A stretch of DNA of 64,000 bases from an uncultured Ignavibacteria bacterium (GTDB lineage: Bacteria; Zixibacteria; MSB-5A5; WJJR01): contig CAYTTY010000014.1 in the NCBI GenBank assembly GCA_964440935.1, forward strand, positions 12,311-76,310. The letters are read 5' to 3'. Under the pieces are notes generated by a model that saw only the letters and a program-made list of their open reading frames with translations, did no database searches and was not told where the DNA came from. Positions 47,134 to 56,068 of the stretch are shown one piece after another. Position numbers and translations under genes: made by a program. Each line of letters begins with the position of its first letter. Within the stretch, counting starts at the first letter, position 1.

Positions 47134-48714
47134 ATGAAAAAGATTCTGCTACTCACACTGCTCGTCTTCTCGATTGGCCTTGTTGGCTGCAGCGACGATG
47201 ACGACAACCCGATCAGCATGACGAACATGGCCCAGGTGCGCGTGGCGCACTTGTCACCGGATGCTCCCAATGTGGATGTCCGGGTCAATGGTTCGCGCGT
47301 GCTACAGGATGTGCCGTTCCAGGCTGTCAGCGACTACCTCGATTTGGAAGCCGGTTCGGTCAACATTCAAGTGACTCCCGCCGGGGCGAGTGCTCCGATC
47401 GTGATTGACGCCACTGTGACGCTCAATGCGAACACGGCGTACACGGTTGCGGCGACGGGCCTGCTGAATTCCAACGATTTGTCCCCGATCGTTCTCGTTG
47501 ATGATCGCACGCCGCAGTCCGGCACAGCCCAGGTGCGTTTTGTGCACACATCGCCTGATGCGCCGGCGGTGGATGTAACGGTGTTGAACGGACCGACCCT
47601 GTTCAACAACGTGGCCTTCCGTCAGGCAGCCGACTACCTGTCGGTCAATGGTGGTACTTACAATCTGGGTGTTTCGATCGCCGCGTCCGGTACTCAGGTA
47701 CTGACTGTTAATGGTCAGACGCTGCAGGACAATACCAATTACACGATCTTTGCCATCGGTTTGGCCGGTAACGGTTCGTTGGCGGCCCTGCCGGTGGTTG
47801 ATGCATCAGTGAGTGGCTCCGCGAAGCCCGGTGTGGCGCGTGGACCGGAAGGCAAACTGCCGATCTTTCCACTGGCCCAGAAGGCTGGGTTGACGACGCT
47901 GGCGACGGCGGTGGAAGCGGCGGGTCTGCAGAAGACGTTGACGGTTGACGGTCCATTCACCGTGTTCGCTCCGACCAATGAAGCGTTTGCGGCTCTGGAT
48001 CCGGCGACGCTCGACTTCCTGCTCAACAATCCGGATGAGCTGACCAAGATCCTGCTGTACCACGTGGTTGCCGGTAAGGTGACCGCCGACCAGGTCGTGA
48101 ATCTGACCTCGGCAACAACCGTAAATGGAGCCGATGTTTCGATCACGGTCAATGGCAGCGATGTGATGGTCAATGATGCCGATGTCATCCAGACCGATGT
48201 GCTGGCGAAGAACGGTGTCGTTCACGTGATCAACAAGGTGCTGATACCACCGTCAGCATTAAACAGCTCTGCGGCCAAGCCCGCTATGGCTCAGGGGCCT
48301 GACGGCAAACTGCCGATCTTTCCACTGGCCCAGAAGGCTGGCTTGACGACGCTGGCGACGGCGGTGGAAGTGGCGGGTCTGCAGAAGACGTTGACGGTTG
48401 ACGGTCCATTCACCGTGTTCGCTCCGACCAATGAAGCGTTTGCGGCTCTGGATCCGGCGACGCTCGACTTCCTGCTCAACAATCCGGATGAGCTGACCAA
48501 GATCCTGCTGTACCACGTGGTTGCCGGTAAGGTGACCGCCGACCAGGTCGTGAATCTGACCTCGGCAACAACCGTAAATGGAGCCGATGTTTCGATCACG
48601 GTCAATGGCAGCGATGTGATGGTCAATGATGCCGATGTCATCCAGACCGATGTGATGGCGAAGAACGGTGTCGTTCACGTGATCAACAAGGTGCTCATTC
48701 CACCACAATCGTAG
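47134..48714 (+). CDS. Lipoprotein with two DUF4397 domains and two fasciclin (FAS1) domains
   Basis: The lipobox is LVFSIGLVGC. VRVAHLSPDAPNVDV and VRFVHTSPDAPAVDV mark the DUF4397 domains. Two copies of ...FTVFAPTNEAFAALD...LLYHVVAGK...NGVVHVINKVLIPP mark the FAS1 domains. Confidence 0.88.
   Translation: MKKILLLTLLVFSIGLVGCSDDDDNPISMTNMAQVRVAHLSPDAPNVDVRVNGSRVLQDVPFQAVSDYLDLEAGSVNIQVTPAGASAPIVIDATVTLNANTAYTVAATGLLNSNDLSPIVLVDDRTPQSGTAQVRFVHTSPDAPAVDVTVLNGPTLFNNVAFRQAADYLSVNGGTYNLGVSIAASGTQVLTVNGQTLQDNTNYTIFAIGLAGNGSLAALPVVDASVSGSAKPGVARGPEGKLPIFPLAQKAGLTTLATAVEAAGLQKTLTVDGPFTVFAPTNEAFAALDPATLDFLLNNPDELTKILLYHVVAGKVTADQVVNLTSATTVNGADVSITVNGSDVMVNDADVIQTDVLAKNGVVHVINKVLIPPSALNSSAAKPAMAQGPDGKLPIFPLAQKAGLTTLATAVEVAGLQKTLTVDGPFTVFAPTNEAFAALDPATLDFLLNNPDELTKILLYHVVAGKVTADQVVNLTSATTVNGADVSITVNGSDVMVNDADVIQTDVMAKNGVVHVINKVLIPPQS
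47851..48704. repeat. Direct tandem duplication, period 453 bp, nearly identical (FAS1-domain coding)
   Basis: 47851-48251 and 48304-48704 differ at only a handful of positions by eye (e.g. GCTGGGTTG/GCTGGCTTG, GAAGCGGCG/GAAGTGGCG, GTGCTGGCG/GTGATGGCG). Confidence 0.9.
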
Positions 48715-48917
48715 AACGCGGTGTCGGACGTGTGGGGTCACAAGGATGTGACCCCTATCGCCGGCGCCACGGTAACGATGACCAACAGGGGCCTACCCCG
48801 TTCATCCTGTCCACGGAGCACACTTACATAATGAGGCGTTGAGACAGCGAATGAGCGCGGAGGCCCCGATCGGTTTTTTGGTTTACCGAACAGATTCGAT
48901 GATTAATACCTTCTGCC

Positions 48918-49424
48918 ATGCAAAACTCCGCCATCGAAGCGACATCGAATCGCAACAAGGGCCTCCTCGGACTGGTGGGCTTTCTTGCGCTGACAATTGC
49001 CGTGGAGATTGTCGCCGGGTTGGCGACCAGTTCATCGGTGCAGACGTGGTATCCGTCGCTGAAGAAAGCGCCGTGGACGCCGCCGGGCTGGGTGTTCGGC
49101 CCGGTGTGGACGGTCTTGTATGTGATGATGGCGGTAGCGGCGTGGCGCGTGTGGCGTTACCGGAAGGATGACAACCGCGTGCCGCAGGCGCTACGTTTGT
49201 TCTACGTCCAACTCACGTTGAATTTTCTCTGGTCGGTTCTTTTCTTTGGTCTGCAGTTACCATTGGCCGGGTTGATCGACATCATCCTACTGCTGACTGC
49301 AATTGTTCTTACGACCATCGCTTTCGGTCGGATCGACCGCGGGGCGGCCTGGCTGATGATACCGTATGCGCTGTGGGTGACGTATGCGACGACGCTCAAT
49401 GCGGCGATTTGGTGGTTGAACTGA
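48918..49424 (+). CDS. tspO: TspO/MBR family tryptophan-rich sensory protein
   Basis: WYPSLKKAPWTPPGWVFGPVWTVLYVMMAVAAW...LNFLWS.LFF... is the canonical TspO sequence with 5 TM segments. Confidence 0.92.
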   Translation: MQNSAIEATSNRNKGLLGLVGFLALTIAVEIVAGLATSSSVQTWYPSLKKAPWTPPGWVFGPVWTVLYVMMAVAAWRVWRYRKDDNRVPQALRLFYVQLTLNFLWSVLFFGLQLPLAGLIDIILLLTAIVLTTIAFGRIDRGAAWLMIPYALWVTYATTLNAAIWWLN

Positions 49425-49684
49425 ACACTGCGAGTGCGAGATGTCGATTCGTCTGGGGTGCGTTTGTATCAATACCGCATTGCCGCGGCCTGACCGCACA
49501 TGCCGGTTGAAGAGTGCAACACCGGAATGAATCCTGGCGTTGGGCCAGCAGAATCTGACTCGTCTCGCCGACGTTCTGCGGTGGAATGCCGACCACGATG
49601 TCGTTGTGTTTCGTGTATCCGTGGCAATCACTGACGACCGGTTGATTCGCCGTTTCAACAGGGACACACTCCGCACATTGGTTC

Positions 49685-50024
49685 TATAGAGCGATGGTCA
49701 GAAGTATTTTCCGTTTCCATTGGGGTGCCACGGGCCTTCAGGGGGGTGTTGAAAAACCTGCTGACTAACATCACCTCAGACTGGGGAGGGCGAGGCTCCC
49801 GCCGAGCCGCCGCGTGGAACATGCCGTTGCGGCTCGCCGGGAGGCTCGCCCTCCCGAAGGCTCTGATTCTCGGGGGTTTTTCAACACGGGCCTTCAGGCC
49901 CGTGGTTCCACATTCGGACGATCCCAGTTCACGGGGCTAAAGGCCCGTGGCACCCGAAAGTGAGTGTCAATGAAGCGGGGTCTCGCCTCTTCTCAATCGG
50001 AACGGAATTCTGACAATCGCTATA
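49685..50024. mobile_element. Family-A TIR element, copy A5, carrying a nested family-B element (about 49737-49890)
   Basis: It has the same termini and interior as A4, plus about 150 extra bp bounded by GGTGTTGAAAAAC/GTTTTTCAACAC. GGGCCTTCAGG occurs on both sides of the insert but only once in A4. The right terminus ...CGCTATA supplies the TAG stop of the oxidoreductase gene. Confidence 0.85.
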
Positions 50025-50991
50025 AGTGTTTGGCGAGTGCATTGGCGGCGGCGATGCCGGAGACGTGGGCGCCCTCGATCTCGTTGCCGCGAAATCCATC
50101 GCCGGCGAACGCCAGCAATCCAGGCGATTCCACCAATTCGAACTGCCGGGGATGTTTTGTGATTGCCTGCGAGTAGCGCCAGCGATGAACCTGTACATCG
50201 GTGTACTCCTGACCGATCCATTTGGACGCTGCGTTGAGCAAAGTCTTTGCGACATCATTGGGATCGGTCTCCCAATGCGTATTGCTGAACACTGGTCCGG
50301 CGTGGATGGTGATGGCCGTTTCCGCCGATGAGAGTCCCTTCTTGCGATTGTCGGCGATCCATTGAATGGGTTCATCTCCCAGCCACAGTCCTCCCGGCGG
50401 TGGAATATTCGATTCGCCCGGGATTGTCACAAGTACCGCGATGCACCGATCGTATGCGATTGTTTCGAGCAATGTGCGACGTTCGGAATCGAGCGATACC
50501 TGTCCGTTGTCGAGGAGAGCCAATGACTGCGGTATGGGTGGTGTCAGCAGAATGCTGCGGGCGAAAATCGATTCGCCGTCTTTCGAGCGCACGGTTACGA
50601 TGTCGTTGTCGAAGGAGACTGATTCCACGTGCCATGAGGTGTGCACATCGAGATCATGGGCCATGTGCTTCGGGATCGAGTGCATTCCATTGATCGCATA
50701 GTAGTAATCGCCTCCCCGGTGAAAGCGTGTGCTCAACGGTCCACACGATTTGACGAGCTTTTTATCGCGCCACTCATCGACGGTGCAAATCATGTCCGGG
50801 CCCTGGACGGGGATCACCTGAGCGCCGTGATCGCAGAGGGCATTGCCCAAGCGGCGGGTGGCCATGCGACCGCCAACGCTCCGACCTTTGTCGAGCACGA
50901 TGTGTGGAATTTTCAGTTCTTTCAGCCGGCGGGCTGCCGATAGACCGGCGATGCCGGCTCCGATGATTATGCAATGGCTCGGGTCAGCCAT
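50020..50991 (-). CDS. NAD(P)/FAD-dependent oxidoreductase (amine-oxidase/renalase-like)
   Basis: The dinucleotide-binding motif is CIIIGAGIAGLSAARRLKE, with a C-terminal ...FAGDGF.G..IEGA flavin motif. ATG 50991 is preferred over the longer ORF. Confidence 0.85.
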   Translation of the reverse strand: MADPSHCIIIGAGIAGLSAARRLKELKIPHIVLDKGRSVGGRMATRRLGNALCDHGAQVIPVQGPDMICTVDEWRDKKLVKSCGPLSTRFHRGGDYYYAINGMHSIPKHMAHDLDVHTSWHVESVSFDNDIVTVRSKDGESIFARSILLTPPIPQSLALLDNGQVSLDSERRTLLETIAYDRCIAVLVTIPGESNIPPPGGLWLGDEPIQWIADNRKKGLSSAETAITIHAGPVFSNTHWETDPNDVAKTLLNAASKWIGQEYTDVQVHRWRYSQAITKHPRQFELVESPGLLAFAGDGFRGNEIEGAHVSGIAAANALAKHL

Positions 50992-51255
50992 GGATGATTG
51001 GCTCTTTTCTGCGGGTCGAAAATGCTCTCTCGCCAAAATGGCTCCATGTTAAATGGGGAAATGAATTCAAAACGCAAGAAGGAAATCATCGGGTTTTGTC
51101 AATAAATGCCGTATGGCACACCAGCCTGATGGCTGCTGAGCGGGGGATGCCGCTCTTGGCGAGGTATTTGAAATCAGGATCAACTTTGTATCTAATTGGC
51201 AGGCCCCCTGTGGGGGCAAAGCCGTTAAGGCACCGCCGAGACTGGCGGGAGTGAC

Positions 51256-51654
51256 GTGCGATCAATAGGATGTATTATCGTCGTGGGAATCACGGCCCTG
51301 TTGTTTGTGGCTTATGCCAATGCAGACAACAGCGTCGCCCAATGTGGAAGTTTGAAAGGCGAGATGAAGAGGAAGGTCGAGGGTAGGGCCGAAAGGGAGA
51401 CCGACACGGCGATCGACGATGCAGTCGATGAGGGTTTCGACAAGGCCACCGACAGTCAGGGTGATGACACGTACAATCAGGAATTGAGTCAGAAACGGGC
51501 CGCGGTGGTGAACGCGCACCTCTGCAACAAGTACGGCATCGCTCCGGATCGGCTCGATACCACGCGCTTGGGCGAAAGCAAGCCTGTCGACTCGAACGAT
51601 ACGCCCGAGGGCCGGACAGAATAACCGTCGGGTGGAATTGGTGATGCTGGGTTA
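51256..51654 (+). pseudogene. Decayed OmpA-family gene (half an OmpA_C domain with a terminal frameshift)
   Basis: ...TDSQGDDTYNQELSQKRAAVVNAHL...GIAPDRLDTTRLGESKPVDSNDTPEGR matches the second half of an OmpA_C domain. The expected ..QNNRRVELV ending is present only in another frame (up to TAG 51652-51654). The first half of the domain is missing. Confidence 0.6.
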
Positions 51655-51659
51655 GAACT

Positions 51660-51996
51660 GAATGTCAGAATTCCGTTCCGTTTGAGAAAGCGCGACGGTG
51701 GGTTTGCTTTGCACGAACGCTGGGGCGCCACGGGCCTTGAGGGGGAGCGTTGAAGAAGGCGCTACATTGTTGAGAACATGCATTTGCAGGGGAGGGTTGT
51801 TTACACTGAGCGAAGCCGAAGTGAATACGCCCCTTTCGCGTAAACCGTTGCGGGTGCGGGCGTACTCAGTACGCCCCTACGAATGATTGTCTCGTCAACA
51901 TGCGTTCGGACTGCAACTCAGGCCTTGTCAACACACCCCCTTGAGGCCTGTGCCACGCTCGTACAAACGGACAATACTTATGACAACCGCTATAGA
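51660..51996. mobile_element. Family-A element, copy A6, with a nested family-B element that contains a family-C fragment
   Basis: The left terminus is degenerate (AATGTCAGAATTCCGTTCCG) and the right terminus is CTTATGACAACCGCTATAG. The B-type ends are GCCACGGGCCTTGAGGGGGAGCGTTGAAGAA / CTTGTCAACACACCCCCTTGAGGCC. The interior GTTTACACTGAGCGAAGCCGAAGTGAATACGCCC matches family C. Confidence 0.7.
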
Positions 51997-52062
51997 GCTG
52001 ATCTGAATTCTCAGCCTAAGACAAGCCGGTGGCGATGTCTACGCCACCGGCTTACGTCGATT

Positions 52063-52299
52063 CTACCCCTTCAGGTCCTTCAAGGCGGCCCCGAAGTTGA
52101 TGTGGTACGGGGTGTTGCCGATGAGGAGTGCAGGGACCGACTCGATCCCGGCCTCCTCGGCCTCACCCAGGCGGTCCTTTTGATTGCCCAGGTGGACGAT
52201 TTCGACGTCGAAACGCGACTTGTCGAGCGCGTCGACGACGGTTTGCTCGGCGGATACACAGACAGGGCATCCGGCGTGGTAGAATGTGGCTTTGGTCAT
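52063..52299 (-). CDS. Small thioredoxin-fold protein (glutaredoxin/Thioredoxin_3-like, CPVC motif)
   Basis: 78 aa, MTKATFYHAGCPVC...IESVPALLI. AGGAGG RBS precedes the start. Confidence 0.75.
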   Translation of the reverse strand: MTKATFYHAGCPVCVSAEQTVVDALDKSRFDVEIVHLGNQKDRLGEAEEAGIESVPALLIGNTPYHINFGAALKDLKG

Positions 52300-52314
52300 G
52301 GGTCGTGCCTCCTT

Positions 52315-52391
52315 TCATATAGTATCGACTCGCTACTATATAGCCGAAACGAAATCGCTTGTCAAGGTGATTTCGAGTCGATATTATATGC
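52315..52391. promoter_or_regulatory. 18-bp imperfect inverted repeat in a divergent promoter spacer (candidate MarR operator pair)
   Basis: TCATATAGTATCGACTCG (52315-52332) and CGAGTCGATATTATATGC (52374-52391) match at 16 of 18 positions. The right arm overlaps the MarR start codon. Confidence 0.4.
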
Positions 52392-52969
52392 ACATGAACC
52401 GGAATGCCGTTGCCGATCTGTTTGAACGTCTCAGCAACCTGTTTGGCGCGGCCGACCGCGGGATCGCCCACGAGCACGGGCTCAAGCAGGTGCAATTGGA
52501 CGCGTTGCGCTACCTGGCGCGGTGCAATCGTTACAGCGATACGCCGGCGGCGCTGGCGGAGTTCCTGGGGTTGACCAAGGGGACCGTCTCACAAACGGTT
52601 GCCGTACTCGAGTCGAAGGGGTTGTTGACGCGCCGCGCTGACGCGCGTGATGGACGCAAAGTTCATCTGGCTCTGACCGCGGCGGGGCGGCGGATTGCGC
52701 GCGCGCAACTGGACCGCGGACTGCTGGCACGAGCGGTTGCATCGATGAATGGCCCCGATGCACGAGTCTTTGAAGAGTCACTCCGCGAGTTGATGCGAGC
52801 GAGCCAGCGGCGGAATGATGCGGTTGCATTCGGAGTGTGCTATTCGTGCCGATTCTTCCGCCGTCGCGCACTTGGAGATCGTCACCAATGCGGATTGACC
52901 TTGGAGCCGTTGAGTGATCGCGAAAGCCAACTGATCTGCCGTGAGCACGAGGACCCCGTGGAGGATTGA
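52388..52969 (+). CDS. MarR-family transcriptional regulator with a Cys-rich C-terminal extension
   Basis: The winged HTH is LAEFLGLTKGTVSQTVAVLESKGLLTRRADARDGRKVHLALT. The C-terminal extension is GVCYSCRFF...HQCG...ICREH. Confidence 0.85.
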   Translation: MHMNRNAVADLFERLSNLFGAADRGIAHEHGLKQVQLDALRYLARCNRYSDTPAALAEFLGLTKGTVSQTVAVLESKGLLTRRADARDGRKVHLALTAAGRRIARAQLDRGLLARAVASMNGPDARVFEESLRELMRASQRRNDAVAFGVCYSCRFFRRRALGDRHQCGLTLEPLSDRESQLICREHEDPVED

Positions 52970-52971
52970 CA

Positions 52972-53325
52972 ATGGCGGTCAAACTGAAACGTGTGTACGA
53001 GCCACCGTCGCACACAGACGGCTTTCGGGTGTTGGTTGACCGCTTGTGGCCGCGCGGTGTGTCGAAAGAAAAGGCGCGGATCGATCTCTGGCTGAAAGAG
53101 GCGGCGCCGTCGCCGGAACTACGCAAATGGTTCTGCCACGATCCGAACAAATGGACCGAATTTCGCAAGGGTTACCTGGCGCAGTTGAAAGACAACAAAG
53201 CAGCGACTGATGAAATTGTGGCCGTGGCGAAAAGGCGGACCGTCACGCTGGTGTATGCCGCCGCCGACACCGAGCACACGCATGCAAAGGTGTTGAAGGA
53301 GTATTTACAGCGGCGGTTACGGTGA
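52972..53325 (+). CDS. DUF488 domain protein
   Basis: KLKRVYEPPSHTDGFRVLVDRLWPRGVSKEKARIDLWLKEAAPSPELRKWF is the DUF488 signature. Confidence 0.85.
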   Translation: MAVKLKRVYEPPSHTDGFRVLVDRLWPRGVSKEKARIDLWLKEAAPSPELRKWFCHDPNKWTEFRKGYLAQLKDNKAATDEIVAVAKRRTVTLVYAAADTEHTHAKVLKEYLQRRLR

Positions 53326-53433
53326 GTGATTTTCGTTCAGCGATTTCATCCACCACCGGGAGTGCCATTTCGCGATAGTGAGGGCATACGCAGTACGCCC
53401 CTCCGTGTGAACGCTCTACGATTGAATTACAGA

Positions 53434-54738
53434 CTAGCGGTCCGTCACGAGTTTAACGTCGAAGCCGCGGTCGCGCAGGCGGTCGAGGGCCCATTTGGCG
53501 TGGGCAGCGCCCTCGGTTTCGATGATCACGTCGACACGCGTCCAGCCGAAGTTCAGATATTGGTTGTGGCGGGTGTGTGACAACTCGACGATGTTGAGTT
53601 TGAGTTGGGCAAAGGCTTTGGTGATTTCGCTGAGGAAGCCGGGAATGTCGCGGCCGGTGAATTGCAGATGCGTGCGACGCGATTCGAGAGCGAGGCCGCG
53701 TTGCAAAGCGTTGGAGAGTGCTGATATGTCGAGATTACCGCCGCTGGTAATGATGAGGAACGATTTGTCTTTATAGAACTCGGGAGCGCCAGCCACCATT
53801 TTGGAGACAGCCGCCAAGCCAACGGCACCCGCGCCTTCCACCACCACTCGTCCATCTTCAATCAACTTCACAATTGCTGTTGCAATCGCGTTCTCCGACA
53901 CCGTGACGATATCGTCGACGACTTCATTCATGATCGGCAACGTCAGCGAACCAACCTGCGCGACGGCGACACCATCGGCGAGGGTCGGTTCGCCTTTGAT
54001 GCGCACGGGTTGTGCCTGACCGCGTGCGGCCGAGAGGCTGGGCACGAGTTCGGGTTCGACGGCGATGATCTTTGTGTCGGGCCATCGGTCTTTCAGCACC
54101 GTTCCCAACCCGGCGATCAGTCCGCCGCCGCCGACCGGGATTAACGCGTAGTCGGGGGACGCTTCATCGGATTTCTTGAATTGTTCTTCGAGTTCCAAGC
54201 CAATGGTGCCCTGCCCGGCAATCACGCGCGGATCGTTGAAGGCATGGACATACGCGTAGCCTTTGGCGTCGGCAAACTCAGTCGCCAGTTTTTGCGTCGC
54301 GTCGTAGTTCTCGCCGCCCATATGAATGTTTGACGTATACAATCCAATCGTGGCTTTCTTTGTGACCGGTGTGTTGTCGGGCATGAAGATGTGGCACGGG
54401 TGACCGTAATGGTAGCTGGCCACCGCGAGACCGAGGCCGTGATTGCCGGCCGACGCGGCCACAAAGGTGCGATTGGCATCCTCGTCGTGACCGCAGGCGA
54501 CGGCGTTGGTGGCGCCGCGCATTTTGAAAGACCCGCCGCGCTGGATGTTCTCGAATTTGATGAATAACCGTTCACAACCAAGTCGCAACTCCAGCCGCGC
54601 TGAACGACGGAGGGGGGTGGTGAACACGTATTCGTAATCGTTGAAGCGATTGCGAATACGTTGGTTAGCGGCTTCGATCTCGCGCAGGAGTGTCGGCCGG
54701 TCGATGGTGGTGGGTTGAGAGTCGGACATTTCAGTCAT
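53434..54738 (-). CDS. ilvA: Threonine ammonia-lyase (threonine dehydratase), PLP-dependent with a C-terminal ACT-like domain
   Basis: FENIQRGGSFKMRGA (PLP lysine region), ASAGNHG and GGGGLIAG are present, with a C-terminal regulatory domain of about 90 aa. Confidence 0.88.
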   Translation of the reverse strand: MTEMSDSQPTTIDRPTLLREIEAANQRIRNRFNDYEYVFTTPLRRSARLELRLGCERLFIKFENIQRGGSFKMRGATNAVACGHDEDANRTFVAASAGNHGLGLAVASYHYGHPCHIFMPDNTPVTKKATIGLYTSNIHMGGENYDATQKLATEFADAKGYAYVHAFNDPRVIAGQGTIGLELEEQFKKSDEASPDYALIPVGGGGLIAGLGTVLKDRWPDTKIIAVEPELVPSLSAARGQAQPVRIKGEPTLADGVAVAQVGSLTLPIMNEVVDDIVTVSENAIATAIVKLIEDGRVVVEGAGAVGLAAVSKMVAGAPEFYKDKSFLIITSGGNLDISALSNALQRGLALESRRTHLQFTGRDIPGFLSEITKAFAQLKLNIVELSHTRHNQYLNFGWTRVDVIIETEGAAHAKWALDRLRDRGFDVKLVTDR

Positions 54739-54756
54739 CCGTCGCGAAGCGGGTTT

Positions 54757-55386
54757 CTAATGTTCACGTCTCAGGATGGACAGGTATTTGCGCCAGGGGC
54801 CAACGTTGTCATCATACTGCAGCGCCATCGTGCGCACAATCTGCATGATGTGATTGAGATCATGCACCGCCCAGGTGGAGAGCAATTCGCGCAGAGTGAC
54901 AGTCCCGAACTCCGGGTGGATGCCGCTCTTCTCCAGGTGGTCGTTCGATAAGGGCAACCGTTTGAGGATTTCGATATTCTGTGCGCGAAGCTCCGCAAAG
55001 GTGGTGAGGAGTTGATCGATGGATTGTCCTTCGCTGTCTGTCTGTTGGGCAAAGCGGTCGAATGGCTCGAACGGGCGGCTCTCGCCATGTTCGAGGATAA
55101 TCCGTGCGCGGGGAATCCAGTCGGTGCGTTCGCCGTGGATCAGGTGGCCGATGACATCATATGGCGAGAACGTGCCGTGGCCGAGATGGGCATGAATCCA
55201 GACATGGTCCAACCCGCCAAGTAGCGCCCGCAAGGTCTCTGGCGTACGGCTCAGTATAGCGATGACCTGTTCGGTGTTGTATTCGATCATAAGCACGTTG
55301 GTCGAGAATTCGTCCTGATCAGCCTGAATATAGGGGAATTTCCCGCCGAAAGCGAAATCCACTGACCGAGTGGAGTTCGTATACAC
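54757..55386 (-). CDS. DinB-family protein (start possibly at 55290)
   Basis: The His triad context is ...HAHLGHG...GHLIHGE...AVHDLNHIMQI, with a four-helix DinB_2-like pattern. Confidence 0.75.
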   Translation of the reverse strand: MYTNSTRSVDFAFGGKFPYIQADQDEFSTNVLMIEYNTEQVIAILSRTPETLRALLGGLDHVWIHAHLGHGTFSPYDVIGHLIHGERTDWIPRARIILEHGESRPFEPFDRFAQQTDSEGQSIDQLLTTFAELRAQNIEILKRLPLSNDHLEKSGIHPEFGTVTLRELLSTWAVHDLNHIMQIVRTMALQYDDNVGPWRKYLSILRREH

Positions 55387-55521
55387 AGGTACTCGGGCGA
55401 TGTACGGCCCGTTCGGAGGGTACCCCCCCTCAAACAGATGTTTCAGGCGGAAACGGCCAAACGGGGCGTTTGACCGTCAACGCCGAAGTGTAGGTGATCA
55501 TTCAATGGAAGGAGTCAAACC

Positions 55522-55935
55522 ATGCGAACGGCATCAATCACTCTCAGCGGACTCGCGATGGCATTGCTGTCAGTCGGCGTCACTGTTGTGACCGGCGATG
55601 CACAGGGACCCAATGCGCGTCTTAGCTTGTGGGCTGACTGTGAATATTTCAAGTCGGTCGTGACACCGGCAACATTCAGCCCGGACGCGGGAAATTTCGA
55701 TGAGTTGTATGTCAATCCGAATGGCTATCAGGACGGCGTGAATTTGATCTCCGAATCGAAGCCGGGCGATGTTGATTACAACGGCGGCCGTTGGCACAGT
55801 AATGTGCTGAAAGACGGGGTCGACCCGGACAAGTATTCCGATGCGTGTAGTGTGGACGAGTTGGATCTTGATGATTTCGCGTCGACCGATGAGTACTTTG
55901 AATGTCCGGTCCTGCCACGCCGTGGCAATCGCTAA
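55522..55935 (+). CDS. Secreted hypothetical protein
   Basis: Signal peptide MRTASITLSGLAMALLSVGVTVVTGDA, 4 Cys residues and no family recognisable by eye. GGAAGGAG RBS precedes the start. Confidence 0.5.
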   Translation: MRTASITLSGLAMALLSVGVTVVTGDAQGPNARLSLWADCEYFKSVVTPATFSPDAGNFDELYVNPNGYQDGVNLISESKPGDVDYNGGRWHSNVLKDGVDPDKYSDACSVDELDLDDFASTDEYFECPVLPRRGNR

Positions 55936-56068
55936 TCTCCTGACAACTCGTTGATAATAAACGGGTTCCCGCAAGAGCGGGGGCCCGGTTGTTTGTTCGG
56001 GAACAGTTGTCTCCGGGGAGCAGTTGTCACACATTAAATGCGAAGCTCTATTCCGGAGAGGAGACGTT

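Noticed and set aside
47851-48704. The fasciclin duplication as a DGR template/variable repeat pair
   Set aside because: The few differences are not adenine-specific (G/C, C/T, C/A, G/C, A/T), and no reverse transcriptase lies nearby.
49396-49676. Cys-rich minus-strand ORF fragment (CAECVPVETANQPVVSDCHGY...) between TspO and repeat A5
   Set aside because: It has no start codon upstream (an in-frame TAG lies at the repeat border) and overlaps the tspO 3' end. No family is recognisable. It could be a relic of a gene cut by A5, but the evidence is insufficient.
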